Shown here: one piece after another, positions 26,985 to 39,608 of the stretch
Numbering within the stretch: the first letter of the stretch is position 1
Layout: each line of letters opens with the position of its first letter
Source of the DNA: Camelus dromedarius
Taxonomy: Eukaryota
Direction of reading: 5' to 3'
DNA: 64,000 nt
Assembly (NCBI RefSeq): GCF_036321535.1
Contig: NC_087437.1
Coordinates: 42,410,001-42,474,000, forward strand
Program-made: the position numbers and the translations under genes
Notes under the pieces: generated by a model
The model's database searches: none
Told to the model about the DNA's origin: nothing
The model's input: the letters and a program-made list of their open reading frames with translations, nothing else

Positions 26985-27730
26985 CTTCTTTTCAAAAAAT
27001 TTCTGAGTACCTATCATGTGGCAGGTACTGACCTGGTCACTGGAAATATTCTAGGGAACAGAATATACAAACTCCCTGCCTTCATGTAGCTCACATTATA
27101 GTATGGAGAGACAGACAATAAACAATAATATAACAAATAAATATATATTTGCAGTCGATAATGGCTATGAAATAAAAAGAGTAGGGCAAAGAGGACCAGA
27201 AATGCTTGAGGAAGGGGCTGTGATTTTGGAAGGGGTAGCTACCTAGGCTGATTGAGAAGGTGAATCTAAGCAAGAATTGAAGGAGAAGAGGTGGTAAGTC
27301 ATGCACATATGAGGGAAGGACATAAAAGCAGAGAAAACAGCCTAAGTTAGGAGTATGCCTCATGTCTTTGAGAGGCAGCAAAGAAGCCAGTGTGGCTAGA
27401 GGTCAGTAAAAGTGTGGAGGAATAGGAGATGATATTAGTAAGGACTGTGTGGGGCCATGAAGACTATTGTGGCTTCAGCATGAAAAAATGGGAAGACAGT
27501 AAAGGACTTTGAGTAGAGTGACATGATCTGACTTAATGTTTTAACAGGAAGACTCCAGATGCTTTATTGAGAATAGACAGTGAAGATTTAAAGGTAAAAT
27601 TCGGGAGATGAGTCAGGAGGCTATTGCTATAATTCAGGTGAGAGAGGATGGTAGCCTAGAAAAGGGTAATAGAAGGATAAGAACTAGTCTAATTATGGAC
27701 ATATTTTGAAGGTAGAACCAACAAGATTTG
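26985..27730 (+). mobile_element. L2 fragment
   Basis: ctgagtacctatcatgtggcaggtactg...gagtcaggaggctattgctataattcaggtgagagagg. Confidence 0.7.
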
Positions 27731-28790
27731 GATTTATAAAAGCAACACATCTTGGTATTCTTGGTCACAAGCAATAGAAACCAATTCTATCTTGAAGGAA
27801 AAAAGAGTTTAATTTATTTTGCAAATTTACAGGATCAGTATGTGGATCAGACTTGGGAAATGGGCAGGAGCTAGAAAGCTCCAGAGGTGTAGGCAGTGGA
27901 AACACCAGCAAAGATGTTTGGACCCAGAGAATCTGGTCTGCACAATGTTGATGCTATTAGAATGTATATGATCTTTAACCCTTTCAATATCTTTAGCACA
28001 CGCTAAAAATTCACAGTCCTCTGAAAGAGCACATAATTGGCTGAGCTTTAATTATGAAAAGAGGATGTGGCCCTACTCAGATCTATGCTAACAGACAAGA
28101 ATTACCTCCCACTAAAACCATATTCAATGAGGGATTCTTCAAAAGGAAAATCAGACCATTATTAGGAAGGAGTGGTTAAATGTTCAACAGCCAGGAAAAT
28201 AACAAATGTTCACTAAAACACTCAGAAAATTTGAAAAGTACCAAAAAAAAAAAAAAAAAAAGGAAAGGAGAGGGAGAAATAATCTTCCCAAATGCAACTC
28301 CCCACATACACTAAGAACATTTTGTATATTTCTTTAATGTTAATTTTTTCGTATGTAAAGGATTTACATATAGTTGCATTATGCACTTGCATATCATTTA
28401 CAATACTACCTCTCACCTTTAAACTATCACCCCAATGCATTTCTACCATTTTTCACATGTGATTTTTTTCCTTCATCATTAAACCCACAGTTAATCTGCT
28501 TATGCCAAATGTCCTGGGTTCTATTTTTATTTCAACTGCATTAGCAATTCCATTTTCCCATTCATTTGAACAGCACCAACAAAACATTGCTAAGTACAAT
28601 CAAAGAATTCTAATTGTTGTCATAGTAAATACTCCATAAAGATGGAGTTGCTGTCAAAACTAAACTGGAAGACAGAATCACTTTGGGATACACTGGATGT
28701 TTACAAGTCATTTGATAGTGTGGAAGAGGCAATTTATGAGTATCAGTGTATAATGTATGAAAGTGTAGGCTGTAAGAAAACTGAATTTTT

Positions 28791-28886
28791 GCAGGATGGG
28801 TATAGCTCAGTGATAGAGTGTTCACTTAGCATGCGCAAGGTCCTGAGTTCATTCCCCAGTACCTCCACTAAAAAAAAAACAAACAA
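28791..28886 (+). mobile_element. tRNA-derived SINE, Vic-1-like (camelid)
   Basis: gggtatagctcagtgatagag...cttagcatgcgcaaggtcctgagttcattccccagtacctcc plus A-rich tail. Degenerate Pol III A box (28803-28813) and B box (28845-28855); tRNA-Ala-like head. Confidence 0.88.
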
Positions 28887-29214
28887 TTTTTGATATGGAC
28901 AATTACCTATGTTCATAAATACTGGCAAGTTTTAACTGATCAGTTTAGTACGATTAGCATTAACTCTTCCACTCACAGCTGGACTAGGTGTGATAAAAAA
29001 AATTCAATTCTTGTGTTATTTGCTCAATTGTCAATTCAAGATGTAAATTATTTTATCTTTGATGTAAATTTATTAATTTAAAAAATGTCACTAAATTTTT
29101 CCTGAAAGTTGCAATAAATAATGGGTTTGATAAAAGCAAAAATAATAGAAACCTTTTTTAATATGTTTGGAAAACGCATCACTGATACTATAATAAAAAC
29201 AAGTTCATTCAATC

Positions 29215-29890
29215 ATTGATTCATTTACTTGTTATTTCAACAAATATTTAATTGAGTGCCTTCTATGTGCTAGGCACTATGGATAAATGGTGAACAAAAA
29301 GGCATTTTTTCCCTTTCAAGGAGCTTAGCTAGTGGAGGAGACAGACATTAATCCAATAATCACATCTTTGACAAGTACCACGGAAGAGAGACTTATGGTG
29401 CTGGGGGCTGTACACTGGGAATTCTGATAGTGTGAGTAGTTAGGAAAGACCTTCTGAGGAGTGGTAAGTGAGCAAATGCTGAAGAATCAGTAGAAGTTGC
29501 CTACTGGAGGTTGAAGGAAGGGGCATCACAGGAATTGGTAGAGAGAAGAGCAGGTGCCAAAATCCTTGAGAAGGAAGACAGGTATAGAGCTCAAGAGAAG
29601 GAATGGGAACATGGTGTAAGATGAAGCTGGAAATGAAGTAGAGGTTAGGCCATGCAGGCCTAGTAGGATTAAGTGTTTTAAGGATGTAGTGACATGATGA
29701 GTTTGCATAATGTCACTCTGAATGCAGACTGGAGAATGAATTAGAAGAAGGCAACATGGATTCTTGAAGATCAATTACAATGCTATTCATGCAACAACTT
29801 TTGAGAACATACTATGTGCCAGGAAGTGTTGCTTGATGCTGAACATAGATACACTGGTGAACAAGACCAAGAAGGTTTGTATGGAACTGA
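29215..29890 (+). mobile_element. L2 fragments
   Basis: ttcaacaaatatttaattgagtgccttctatgtgctaggcact, an L2-like terminal motif. Confidence 0.65.
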
Positions 29891-32800
29891 AAGCATCTTA
29901 CTGTCTTTAAAAGTAAAAAAATGCAAGCAATATGAATAAAGATACTGATACTTTTATAAGTATAATATAAAATATAAATATTAGTATCTTTAATAAAAAG
30001 ACAAAATAGATTAATGGAAATAAAACTTATGATCTTGGTTTTGCCTCTAAGTAGTTGCCTGCCCTTGGTAAAGGAATGTAATAAGTTCTATGTGGTAGGC
30101 TTTAGTAAAATTCATTTGTAAAATAAAGAATAAGACTAATGAGCTAAGGTTTTTTTCCCCACACCTAAAATTTTACTAATCAAATTACATAATTTGAAAA
30201 ATGGCCTCATCATGTTTGGAAACCTCTTGCTCCATCAAGGAAAGCTAATTGTATTTGTCCAAGTGAAACTTAAAGTGGTAAATATGCATAGTTTTGCAAA
30301 TCTGTGCCAAGTAATTTATAGCCTAATGATTCAAATGAATAGAACAATGATTCATATCCTAATTACTGACTATTGAGGTGTGTAAAATAGCTGCTTCTGG
30401 CTCACAGTGATTATAATTTCTAAAGCTTGTTTCACAGGCAGGAATATAGAAGATGCTGTATTATAACCCACTTGGAAATATGACATTTTAATTGGAAAAT
30501 GTTAATAATTCCAAGAAAGGACAGAATTCCATGAATACTCATTAAAAATTTTGAAATAAAAATCTTAAGTGATAAATTCTTAGAGGGACTGAATCTTTGC
30601 AACTGTACCTGGTTTGGCTTTATTTATAGATATGTACTTCATAAATGCTTTGAGGGAGTAAGGATAGTGACAGAGGAGAAAAACAATTACACAAGCTCTA
30701 TGTGATTTTACAGTGTTAACATTTAGTTACAGTAAAACATTTAATCCTATGATAAAATATTTAAATTTATAATAAAGTAGATATTATTACTAGTTGATAG
30801 CATAACATTTCATATTTAAAAATAAAATCTAGAAATTATAATATATTTCATCACAACCTGAGGTTATAAAAAGCCCACTACAACAAATGTTGTCCATTTA
30901 TTGCAACAAATAATATTTTTTCCAGATATACTAGTTCTTATTAGTAGATGAGAATAAACTACAAAGGTGTGAGAAATCTCGTTCACTCTGATTTGAAGAG
31001 TGACTGCATGGGCAGTGTGCACATTAATGTGGGTGGGTACAGGGTGGAGAAAGATATTCCAGAACCCCAAACTAACTTTCCTAACTCCCCATTCTCTGCT
31101 ACCCTGAAGGAGTACAGATGAAAAAAGAAGACATAGATGAAGGAGGGGAGGAGGAAATGAAAGAAGGGAACTATAAATAAAGAGGAGGGAATAAACCAGA
31201 TGGGGAACAAGTGTAAGACGGGAGTGAGGAAAGATGGTCCAGTGTGTCCCTCAATTCAGAGGTGGAGGTGGGGAAGCGGATTCTCCAAAGGAAGAATCTC
31301 AGTAGTTCTATCTTCCACATTTCACTTCCCCCACCTGAGAAATTATCTTATTGCTCGAGGAAAATACGTCACACAGTTTAGTATACTAAATACTTAAATT
31401 CAGTTCAATTCCTTTAGTATTTTTTGTCTGAAACCTGTTCATTCAGCATCTTAGGAGTTGTGGATGACACATAATAATTTTTAAATAGTTTATTCTTTCA
31501 AGGAGCTTCTCATTTTGTTCTATCTTTTTATCCTTTACTTTATACAGTTTTGTCCCCTTGACATATGAATTCAATAACTACATTCCCAGTGAAGAAACCT
31601 GAAGGAAGAGGCTAACAATTAACATAAGGAATTTTGGCTGGGACTTGCCTTGGATGGGGACAGAATCCTGGCCAAGGGCAGCAGCAAGAGTGCCATTTCT
31701 TCCAGACTAAAGGAGACAGCTTGAGCACAGCAGACTTTCCCTAAAAAGAGGAAAGTGAGATTGGGTTTGGTGAATGCAACGGAGGTCTTTGCTGTATCCA
31801 GTCTGGCCTGGTGAGGGACAAGATTTGTGTCTGGGGTAGGGTGGGGCAAAGGGAACAGACATACAAGTGCTATTGCTCCTGTGGTCAGGGATGAGGAGGC
31901 AGTGCAGAGAACCATCAGTCCCATTAGGCAATCACAAGGGCCTCAAGTAGGGCAACAGTAGTGGTAATGGTAGCAGCAGCCACAGTGCTAGTAAACACAG
32001 TAATAATACTAACAGCTAACATGTACTGAGTGCTTATTATATGCCAGAATATGTTTTAATTACATATATTAACTTCTAATCCTCACACCAACACTATGGG
32101 GTAACTACCATCATGCCCTTTTATAAAAAGATAAACTGAGGCACAAAGAAGTTAAAGTACTTGAGGTTACAGGGCTAGGAAATGGAAAAGGAGGTTGTAT
32201 GATTAGGAAATGTAACATGACTATATTGCCTGTTTATTTGCTAGTCAAACTGCTACATATCCCTTAAAAGGAATCAGGTATAGCTTTCATTAGGCTAGCA
32301 TATGATTTGTGTAGCAATACCATATAGGCAATCATGAGATTGGGTTCAAAGCCTAACAGGAAGCAATGCAGAGAGGAAATACTTTGTTTCCTTCACTAAC
32401 TTAATATAATTTCAGTAATGAGACTTTTTGGAATGTTGGGCACACCCTAGTTTAAACATGCAACCACATTCCAAAGTGAAATTTCAATTACTGTTTTTCT
32501 TTTCTTTGCTCTAACAGTTATCATGGCATTTAAATTAAGGGCATACTGTAAATGTTCTTCAGTTATGAACCAGGAAACCGATAATTACCACACTATTTCA
32601 CTGATTTTGTGGAATGCATTACAAACTTTTCAGGCTTTCTAAGGTGGCCTGGCAAAATTAAGAAAAATTCTAAATCCTGATGATCTCTTTGAGACCTTCA
32701 GAAGTGTTCCATTGCAAAATACAAGTTTTCCTCCTCTTATTGAACTATGAGTTTCCAGCAACGAATTCTCCTTTCTTCCTTCATTTAAATCAGCGATTAG

Positions 32801-33499
32801 GTAGGGGACTATGCAAAATTCACCTTCGGGAGGAGTGTTTTGAAGAGATTGTGTTACTGGGCATCACATTTAGAAAACAAAGAAAATAAAAAATTTTCAC
32901 TACAGTAATTACAGGAAAAACGGTAAATTCTTGGCTAGTCTTCAGAGGAAAGCAGCAAAAGATCTCAGGGTGGGGGATGCAGAGAGGGCAGCAGGAAGCA
33001 ATTTACCTTGGCTCCAGGAGATTCTAGAATCTCATGACATCTTTTTACATTTGTTCAAGTGCAAGCTTATATTTTTTTTTTTAAAAAAGTCGGAGAAACA
33101 CTAAGAATTTATTCTAGTCACCCGTTTAATTCCCTAGACCAGAGCACGGTGCCGTACATACATCAGGATTTAAACAAGCAGCTGCTGACCTGAGGTACAC
33201 CTGGAAAGTCCCGAGTTCCCGTGTCTTGGCCCTGCCACGCCCAAGGCAACCTCTGCTAGGCCGCAAACCTTTTAACCGAACTTAAAATTTCTGAAGCAGA
33301 AAGCATACAGGCAGAAAAACCTTGCAGCTCACAGGAAACAATGGCGAATAAGTCATCTATCAAGGGACTGATAAAGTTTAAATGATTTGGTGGTGCATAA
33401 AGAAAAAACAAAAACTTGAGGGGACGGAGAATCCACTCAAACGTCCCTCAGGAAACGGGATGTTTACCGAGTAAACAAGCTGTAGCCACACATACACCT

Positions 33500-34350
33500 G
33501 CTACTCCCAGAAGCGGCCAGGGGCCACTATCGCCACCTTCTGGCCACATCCGGGCACTTCTCTACAAACTCGTGACGTTCCGACGTCGGAACCGTTGGGT
33601 TTATTTGAAACACACGCACAACCAATCAGTCGGCGCCTACGGGGAGGTGGGCGGAGAGCAGCGGCCAATCACCGCCCCTCTGGAGACTCCAGCCTATGGG
33701 AAGGAGGTTGACATCACGCGCCAATCGGCATGGCTTTTAGAGAGAGCGACTCAGTTTTTGAATTGGCCGTGGCCGCCGCGGGCAAGGAATGGCGGTAACG
33801 GTGAGGAAGACCGGTGCTTGAAAAGGTGGAACTTCCAGGGCGTCTTTTGAGAGGGGTGAGGGCTCAGTGGGCATAGGTGTGGGTGGCGGAGGTGGGAGCG
33901 GGCCGGCATCTTCGGAGCAGTGGGCCGCTCTGCGTGGGTACCACGGCCCCGCCCCGGTGATCGCGAATTCCCGAGCGCCCAGCCCCGGCTTCCCGGCTCA
34001 GGGAACCGCCCCGCCGCCATCCCAGCAGCGGGGCCGGGACGCGGAGTCGGGGCCCGAAGTCCACCAGGTTGCAGTGCATCGTCGCCACCCACCGGGTTGG
34101 ATATTTTTTCCCGAAAGTTTCTGGGCCAAGGGGGTAGTTTTTGGGAAGGGGCGGGGGGGGTCTTGGCATGCTGCAGTGGCGGCCGGCGGCTGCGGCCCTT
34201 GGTGGTTTATCTCAGATTACTTAGTGGTTTCACTCTTGGATTCTTCTTGCCGTCTTCTCTGTGAGAAGTTCAGTTTTTGGTATTTACGTAAAAAAAAAAA
34301 AAAAAAAGCCAGCCCCTTCCGGCACCCCATCCCGCGTACAAATTTGTACG
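33500..34350 (+). promoter_or_regulatory. ECT2: ECT2 CpG-island promoter with cell-cycle (NF-Y/E2F/CHR) elements
   Basis: CCAAT at 33622, 33665 and 33721, ATTGG at 33762; E2F-like CGCGCCAA 33717-33724; CHR TTTGAA at 33757-33762 (second copy 33604-33609); CRE-like TGACG ~33573. Confidence 0.88.
33750..33855 (+). other. ECT2: ECT2 non-coding exon 1 (TSS approximate)
   Basis: Follows the CHR; donor gagaggg|gtgagg at 33855/33856; resembles the recalled human ECT2 5'UTR. Confidence 0.7.
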
Positions 34351-37022
34351 TCTTAGTGATTAAAGGTGCAGCCTTTGGAATCAGCCTGGGTTTGAAGCCT
34401 TGTTTTGCCACAAACAGTATGGCTTGGGGGGTGTTAATCTCTCTGCTCTAGACTTTAGCTGTAAAATGATCTACTACTACTACTTGCTTCTTAGGATTGT
34501 TGCAAAGATAAGTAAATAAAAGTAAAAGGTTCAGAACAATGTCTAAAGTTTTAGAACAATGCCACGTATTAAGCGTTAAATAAGTTATTTATTAATCGCA
34601 GTGTTATATAATGGTAATACTAATGTTACTGTCAGTAACACCAGCATATTCAGAATGGCATTTAGCTCCTCCACCCTGAAAGATGATTGCTTAAAAAAAT
34701 AAGCAAAAGGAAACTTAAAGTGAATATTTGTTTAAATAGTAGAATTTACCTTTGTGATGAAAAGAAGTATGTGTTTTAGTGTATTTAGTCAGAAGTCCTT
34801 GAGTATGTTCTCAAATGAGAAATGATCTGTATGGATTTGTGAACACTGATCCTACTGTGTTTATTTTAAAAGTGCAGAATACATGAATGTGAAAAAGTGG
34901 TTAGTGTATTTCAGTTTGTAGTCAGATTGTTATGTCATTAGTTTACCATGCAGCTCTTTTTGTGTTAAATTTTAAAGCTGTTTTGACAATAAATTGACCA
35001 TATACAGTATCATCAGAGACAATTTTAATTTTTAATCACTTACCTGTTTTGATGGTCTTTAAATACAGGCATAGGTGAAAAATGCAACCTCATATGATAT
35101 TTTTATTTATTGAAGTCTCCCTCCTCCTCTATTCCTTAAAGCAGGTTAATTCATCCCTTAATTTTCTTTTTTAACATTTTTTTAAAGGGACTTTGAGTGA
35201 AAGCCAGTTTAGAGCCTTTCTTTTTGGCTGTAAACAGTTCAGTGTAAGTGAAGTAAACAGCAAAAAGAAAAAGGGGGAGGGGGGCGCTGATATTATTTAT
35301 TATTGCTTCTAAATGAAGGCTTTTATTGACAACTATTGGAGCACTCCCTTGGAGAGCCTTAGAATAATGATTGACATGGATGTATGGTAAGAGAGTAAGA
35401 AATGTCCACATTGTGAATATTATATGAGAATTAATCATTGTCACTCATTTTAAGATATCATCTATTCAGTTTTCATCACAGTAGGATCTGAGTTGTGCCA
35501 TTATCTCTTTTACTGATGTGGAAACTGAGACTTAACCTACTAAGTGCAGAACTGAGACAGGAAGCTCAGTTTCTTGACTTTGTGCACCTAATAATTAGGC
35601 TTAGGTCTGTTATTTTTAGTTTGTACATCTTCACACTATTTGGTATCACCATGCAGAAATGATGCTGATTATACTTAAACTATTACTTTGCTAGAAACCT
35701 GATGGAAGTTACTTGTATATTTTTTTAATCTGAAAAAGTAGGAAAGGGTAAATTAGATCAGGCATGTACCTCCAGTTAAGGTGGGGCTTCTTCTTTATAT
35801 TTGCCCAATATTCTGAAAATTTATTTCAAGATAATCTTACATGAAAACCCCAGTTTGAACTGATAAAAATCTATTCAACTTTTTCTTTATTCCTTGCTTG
35901 TTTAGCTTTTCAACTCTTAAGTCCTGGAAATTTAAAAACAAACACGATTTTCTTTCATAGTCCAGAGTCATATTGACACTTGTTCATTGTCTCATGAAAT
36001 CTTTTAGAGGAGAAACATTTGAAAAGTAATATGAAAATACAGATAAGGGAACAGTCCAGATATACTTGAGAGGTTTGGAGAAATCCACAGAGGATAAATC
36101 GAGAGTGATGGGTCAGATGAAAGATACACTAGGTGGAGAATTAAGCACTATTGAATGCAAGTACATGCGGAGTAAATTGTGATCTGTGTTTGAAAAATCC
36201 TGAGAAATGCATTCTGGCTGGTGCATACAGTATATGTGGACTGGGGGAATTATAGAAGATGAAGCTAAATAGGTATGTTAGGACCAGCGTGTAGACTGGA
36301 TGGTAAACTTGAACTTGATTGTATAGGGAGCAGTGGTTGTGGAAGTTCTAAGCAGGGAAATAATATGGTCACGTTTGTTTTTAGAACCATACCCTGAAAA
36401 TTATGTGGAGAGTGATCTCTGAAGAAACTGGTGTTAGCGAAACTTATTTGGAACTGTTGTATTTGACCAAGGGGCCACTGTGGCATTGGCCATACGAAAG
36501 TGGGCCAGGACCCAGAGATACAGAGATGCTTGAGGGATTGATAGGAATTTTGGGACAGCAAATGAGGTAAAGGAAAGAGGATGGATCCAGTTTTTGACTG
36601 GGGTTATTTGGGGGAGGGGTGATGGAGGTATTATAAATGAATATAGGAAGAGAAGTAGGTTGATTGAGGGCAAAGATGTGGAGGAGGGAGGTAAATAGTA
36701 TTTAGAGTACCTTTTGAGTAGTTTTTGAGTGTTAGGTAATATTCTGGGTACTTTCAATAAAGCATTATTTTTACTATATCCCTATGAGTCAAGTATAGTA
36801 TCTTTACAGAAGAGGAAGCTGAGGCTCAGAGAAGTTGTGTGACTTAATTACCTTACTTAATTACCTCAGAGAAGTTGAATTAAGTTCGGGATTAAGAAAA
36901 ATGGGTAATGATACTTTTGATAAATTCTAGGTATAATGCTTGTTTTTGCCCAACGACTATGTTGGTTTCATATGTCTTTATTCACATTTTATTTTCTCAG
37001 CCATCATAGAGGAGTACGAACA

Positions 37023-37152
37023 ATGGCTGATAACAGTGTATTAACATCCACTGCTGGGAGGACAAGCTTGGCGGACTCTTCCGTTTTTGATTCTAAAGTT
37101 ACTGAAACTTCTAAGGAAGACTTATTTATTGGATCTACTTCCTATGTTGAAG
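37023..37152 (+). CDS. ECT2: ECT2 exon 2, first coding exon (exon starts 37001)
   Basis: ttttctcag| acceptor at 37000; acaATGg; MADNSVLTSTAGRTSLADSSVFDSKVTETSKEDLFIGSTSYVE; G|gtaaac donor; 130 coding nt. Confidence 0.96.
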
Positions 37153-37778
37153 GTAAACATGTTATCTGCTTTAAAATACCAAGTCACTATTTTAATCCTA
37201 AACTTTCTGATTAGTGACTTTCTTATGATTTAACTGTAATACTGTTCAGCTAGAGTACAGGTACTGAGTAAACATTTGTTAACAGAAACTCTTTACACTA
37301 GATTTTTTATTATTGTTTGGATAAATGCTTCCCAGCTTTAGAGGGGAAGGTATCTTGTTGTTGGATATTGCTTTTCTGTATGTGAGGGCCATCCAGCTGC
37401 GACACTGCTAGCTAGAATATGTTCAGTTATGACTGGTCGGGTGAAGAGCTACTTCTTCCCTTCCTACTGTGGAAATGGATCTTTCCTAAAGTTCCATGAC
37501 CTGTTGAGGAGGGTGACTACGCAAGATGGTGAATGCTTTCTTTGGTTAGGAGGAGTGCTGATGCTTGTATACTTTGCTACAGTGCATTTTCTCTTCTAAA
37601 ATGATACATGGTCAAATTTTAAAAATAAGCTTGGAATTAAGTCATTTTAATTTCAGGGAATGTTATATCTCAAAGATGGAAAACATTCCAGATATAGCCA
37701 GAAAAGGGGTTAAGAACTGCTGATTTTGGTGTTCGTGACTAATAAAAATGTTTTATTTAACATTTTTAATTTTAATAG

Positions 37779-37858
37779 AAGAAATGCCTCAGGTTGAAAC
37801 AAGAGTGATATTGGTTCAAGAAGCTGGAAAACAGGAAGAACTTATAAAAGCCTTAAAG
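37779..37858 (+). CDS. ECT2: ECT2 exon 3
   Basis: (E)EMPQVETRVILVQEAGKQEELIKALK; tag| ... |gtatgg; 80 nt. Confidence 0.95.
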
Positions 37859-37968
37859 GTATGGAGTTTTAGTTTTGAGTTTTTCTTTAAAAAGGCTATT
37901 TTTCTTCCATCAGTGTGTAAATAATTTTATAGTGTTCTTAATCTCACACCTAAGTCTCTTTTCCACAG

Positions 37969-38061
37969 ACTATTAAAATAATGGAAGTCCCTGTTATAAA
38001 GATAAAAGAAAGTTGTCCTGGAAAATCGGATGAAAAATTAATAAAAAGTATTGTTAATATG
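37969..38061 (+). CDS. ECT2: ECT2 exon 4, 93-nt in-frame cassette exon (31 aa, BRCT0 region)
   Basis: TIKIMEVPVIKIKESCPGKSDEKLIKSIVNM; cag| ... |gtaggt; symmetric phase 0. Confidence 0.93.
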
Positions 38062-38473
38062 GTAGGTCAAGCATTTCATTGCATGTGGCATGCTGCACTT
38101 CCTTTGATTTATTCATATATTCCACTTGTGGTGATTGGACCTAAATTATGTACAAGGTATACTTTGAGCACTTTGAAACTAGATCAATAGAAACTATTTT
38201 ATATTTATTTTTAAAATCTGGGTGTTTCTGAAACCCCAAACTGTAATATATTATAAGTAATGAAATCCTTGTAAAGTAATTTGGCATTGTTAAATTTAAG
38301 TGACATTCTATGTGTTTAGGGAGATCTGGTACTTTTCTTGAAACTCTTTAGTTTCTTTTTTCTCAATATATTTATTCTAAATTCTTGCTTTATTTTCAGA
38401 ATTACAAATCACAATAATTGAGTCATGAGAGAATTTGTCAGCATATAAAATATATCTAATTCTCTATATCAGC

Positions 38474-38881
38474 TTTATTAGCTTGTGAGAGGGCTGCCAT
38501 AAGAAAATACTACGGACTGACTGGCTTAACAACAGAAATATATTTTCTCACTTTCCTGGAGGCTAAAGTCCAAGACCAAGGTGTCAGCCTGTTAAACTTC
38601 TCTTGAGGCTTCCTTCACTGACTTGGAGATGTCTGCCACCTTCTTGCTGTATCTTCACATGACCCATCTTCTGTGCATGCATGTCTCTGGTGCTCTTCTG
38701 TGTATCCAAATTTTCTGCTCTTAAAAGGACACCAGTCAGATTGGATTAGGGTCTGCCCATGTGACCTCATTTAACTTTACCTCTTGAGAGGCCCTATCTC
38801 CAAATGTAGTCACATTCTGAGGTACAGGGACGTTAACGACTTCAACGTGAATTTTGGGGATACACAATTCAGCCCTCCACA
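38474..38881. mobile_element. MaLR solo LTR (MLT1A/B-like) in ECT2 intron 4
   Basis: ggctgccataagaaaatactac...ggcttaacaacagaaat...ctggaggctaaagtccaag...ccctatctccaaatgtagtcacattctgagg...acaattcagccc. Confidence 0.82.
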
Positions 38882-39608
38882 TTAGCCTAGTAGATAAAAC
38901 CCAAATAATTTACTGACCTATTTGACTTTTCTTTTAAATTGTTCTTTTCTTTTTATGCAAGAGTCATAAATATTTAAATATCTTCATTCTGTTTTGTATA
39001 TGGACAGTACAAAGTGTTAAACAGTAACTTGCCTTTTTATATCCTGTTTGCCATGCTGCATCTGCCTACATATTTTGTATCTTTCTCTTATTTCCCTCAT
39101 ATCTAGTGAAATGATTAACTCCATCCTTTTTGTGGATGTTACATGCCATAGTATTTTTTCTATTTTTCTGAAGATAATTTGTGTAGGAAGAACCATATGT
39201 ATGGCATCATTTTCTTGGTCAGAATAAAAAGCCAAAGTACATTCTGGTTATCTTTCTAATGTAGTCTATTAAAATTGGTGTACTTAAACAATTCATCATT
39301 CTTACTTTATATGCATACTAGATGATTTATAATGACTACCAAGTCATGTCAAAACTTATGTCTTTAAAATAATCATCTTCCGAATTTAAGATCTTGATGT
39401 GGTTGGAGATACATTTATATGAAAACAAATAAGTAAAGAAATATGGCTTCACTATTAAGTACAGTGCTCATTGTATGATTTAAAACTTAAGTTTCTACAA
39501 ATATAAAAATGAGAATGTTGATACTGAATTGATTTTTAGGTCTTATTTAGAGAGATACATAATTTTATAATGTAAATTTTATTTCTTATAACTATGAAAA
39601 AAAACAAG

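Noticed and set aside
28791..28870. Possible tRNA-Ala gene
   Set aside because: Acceptor stem and boxes are degenerate and it ends in an A-rich tail, so it is a SINE.
33416..34451. Several overlapping 100-194 aa ORFs at the ECT2 promoter
   Set aside because: Expected by-product of the GC-rich CpG island (few stops); low-complexity G/P/R/A peptides, most without ATG starts, no recognisable domain.
36825..36880. Short local duplications (ctcagagaagttg; acttaattacct)
   Set aside because: Slippage within a decayed MIR; no functional indication.
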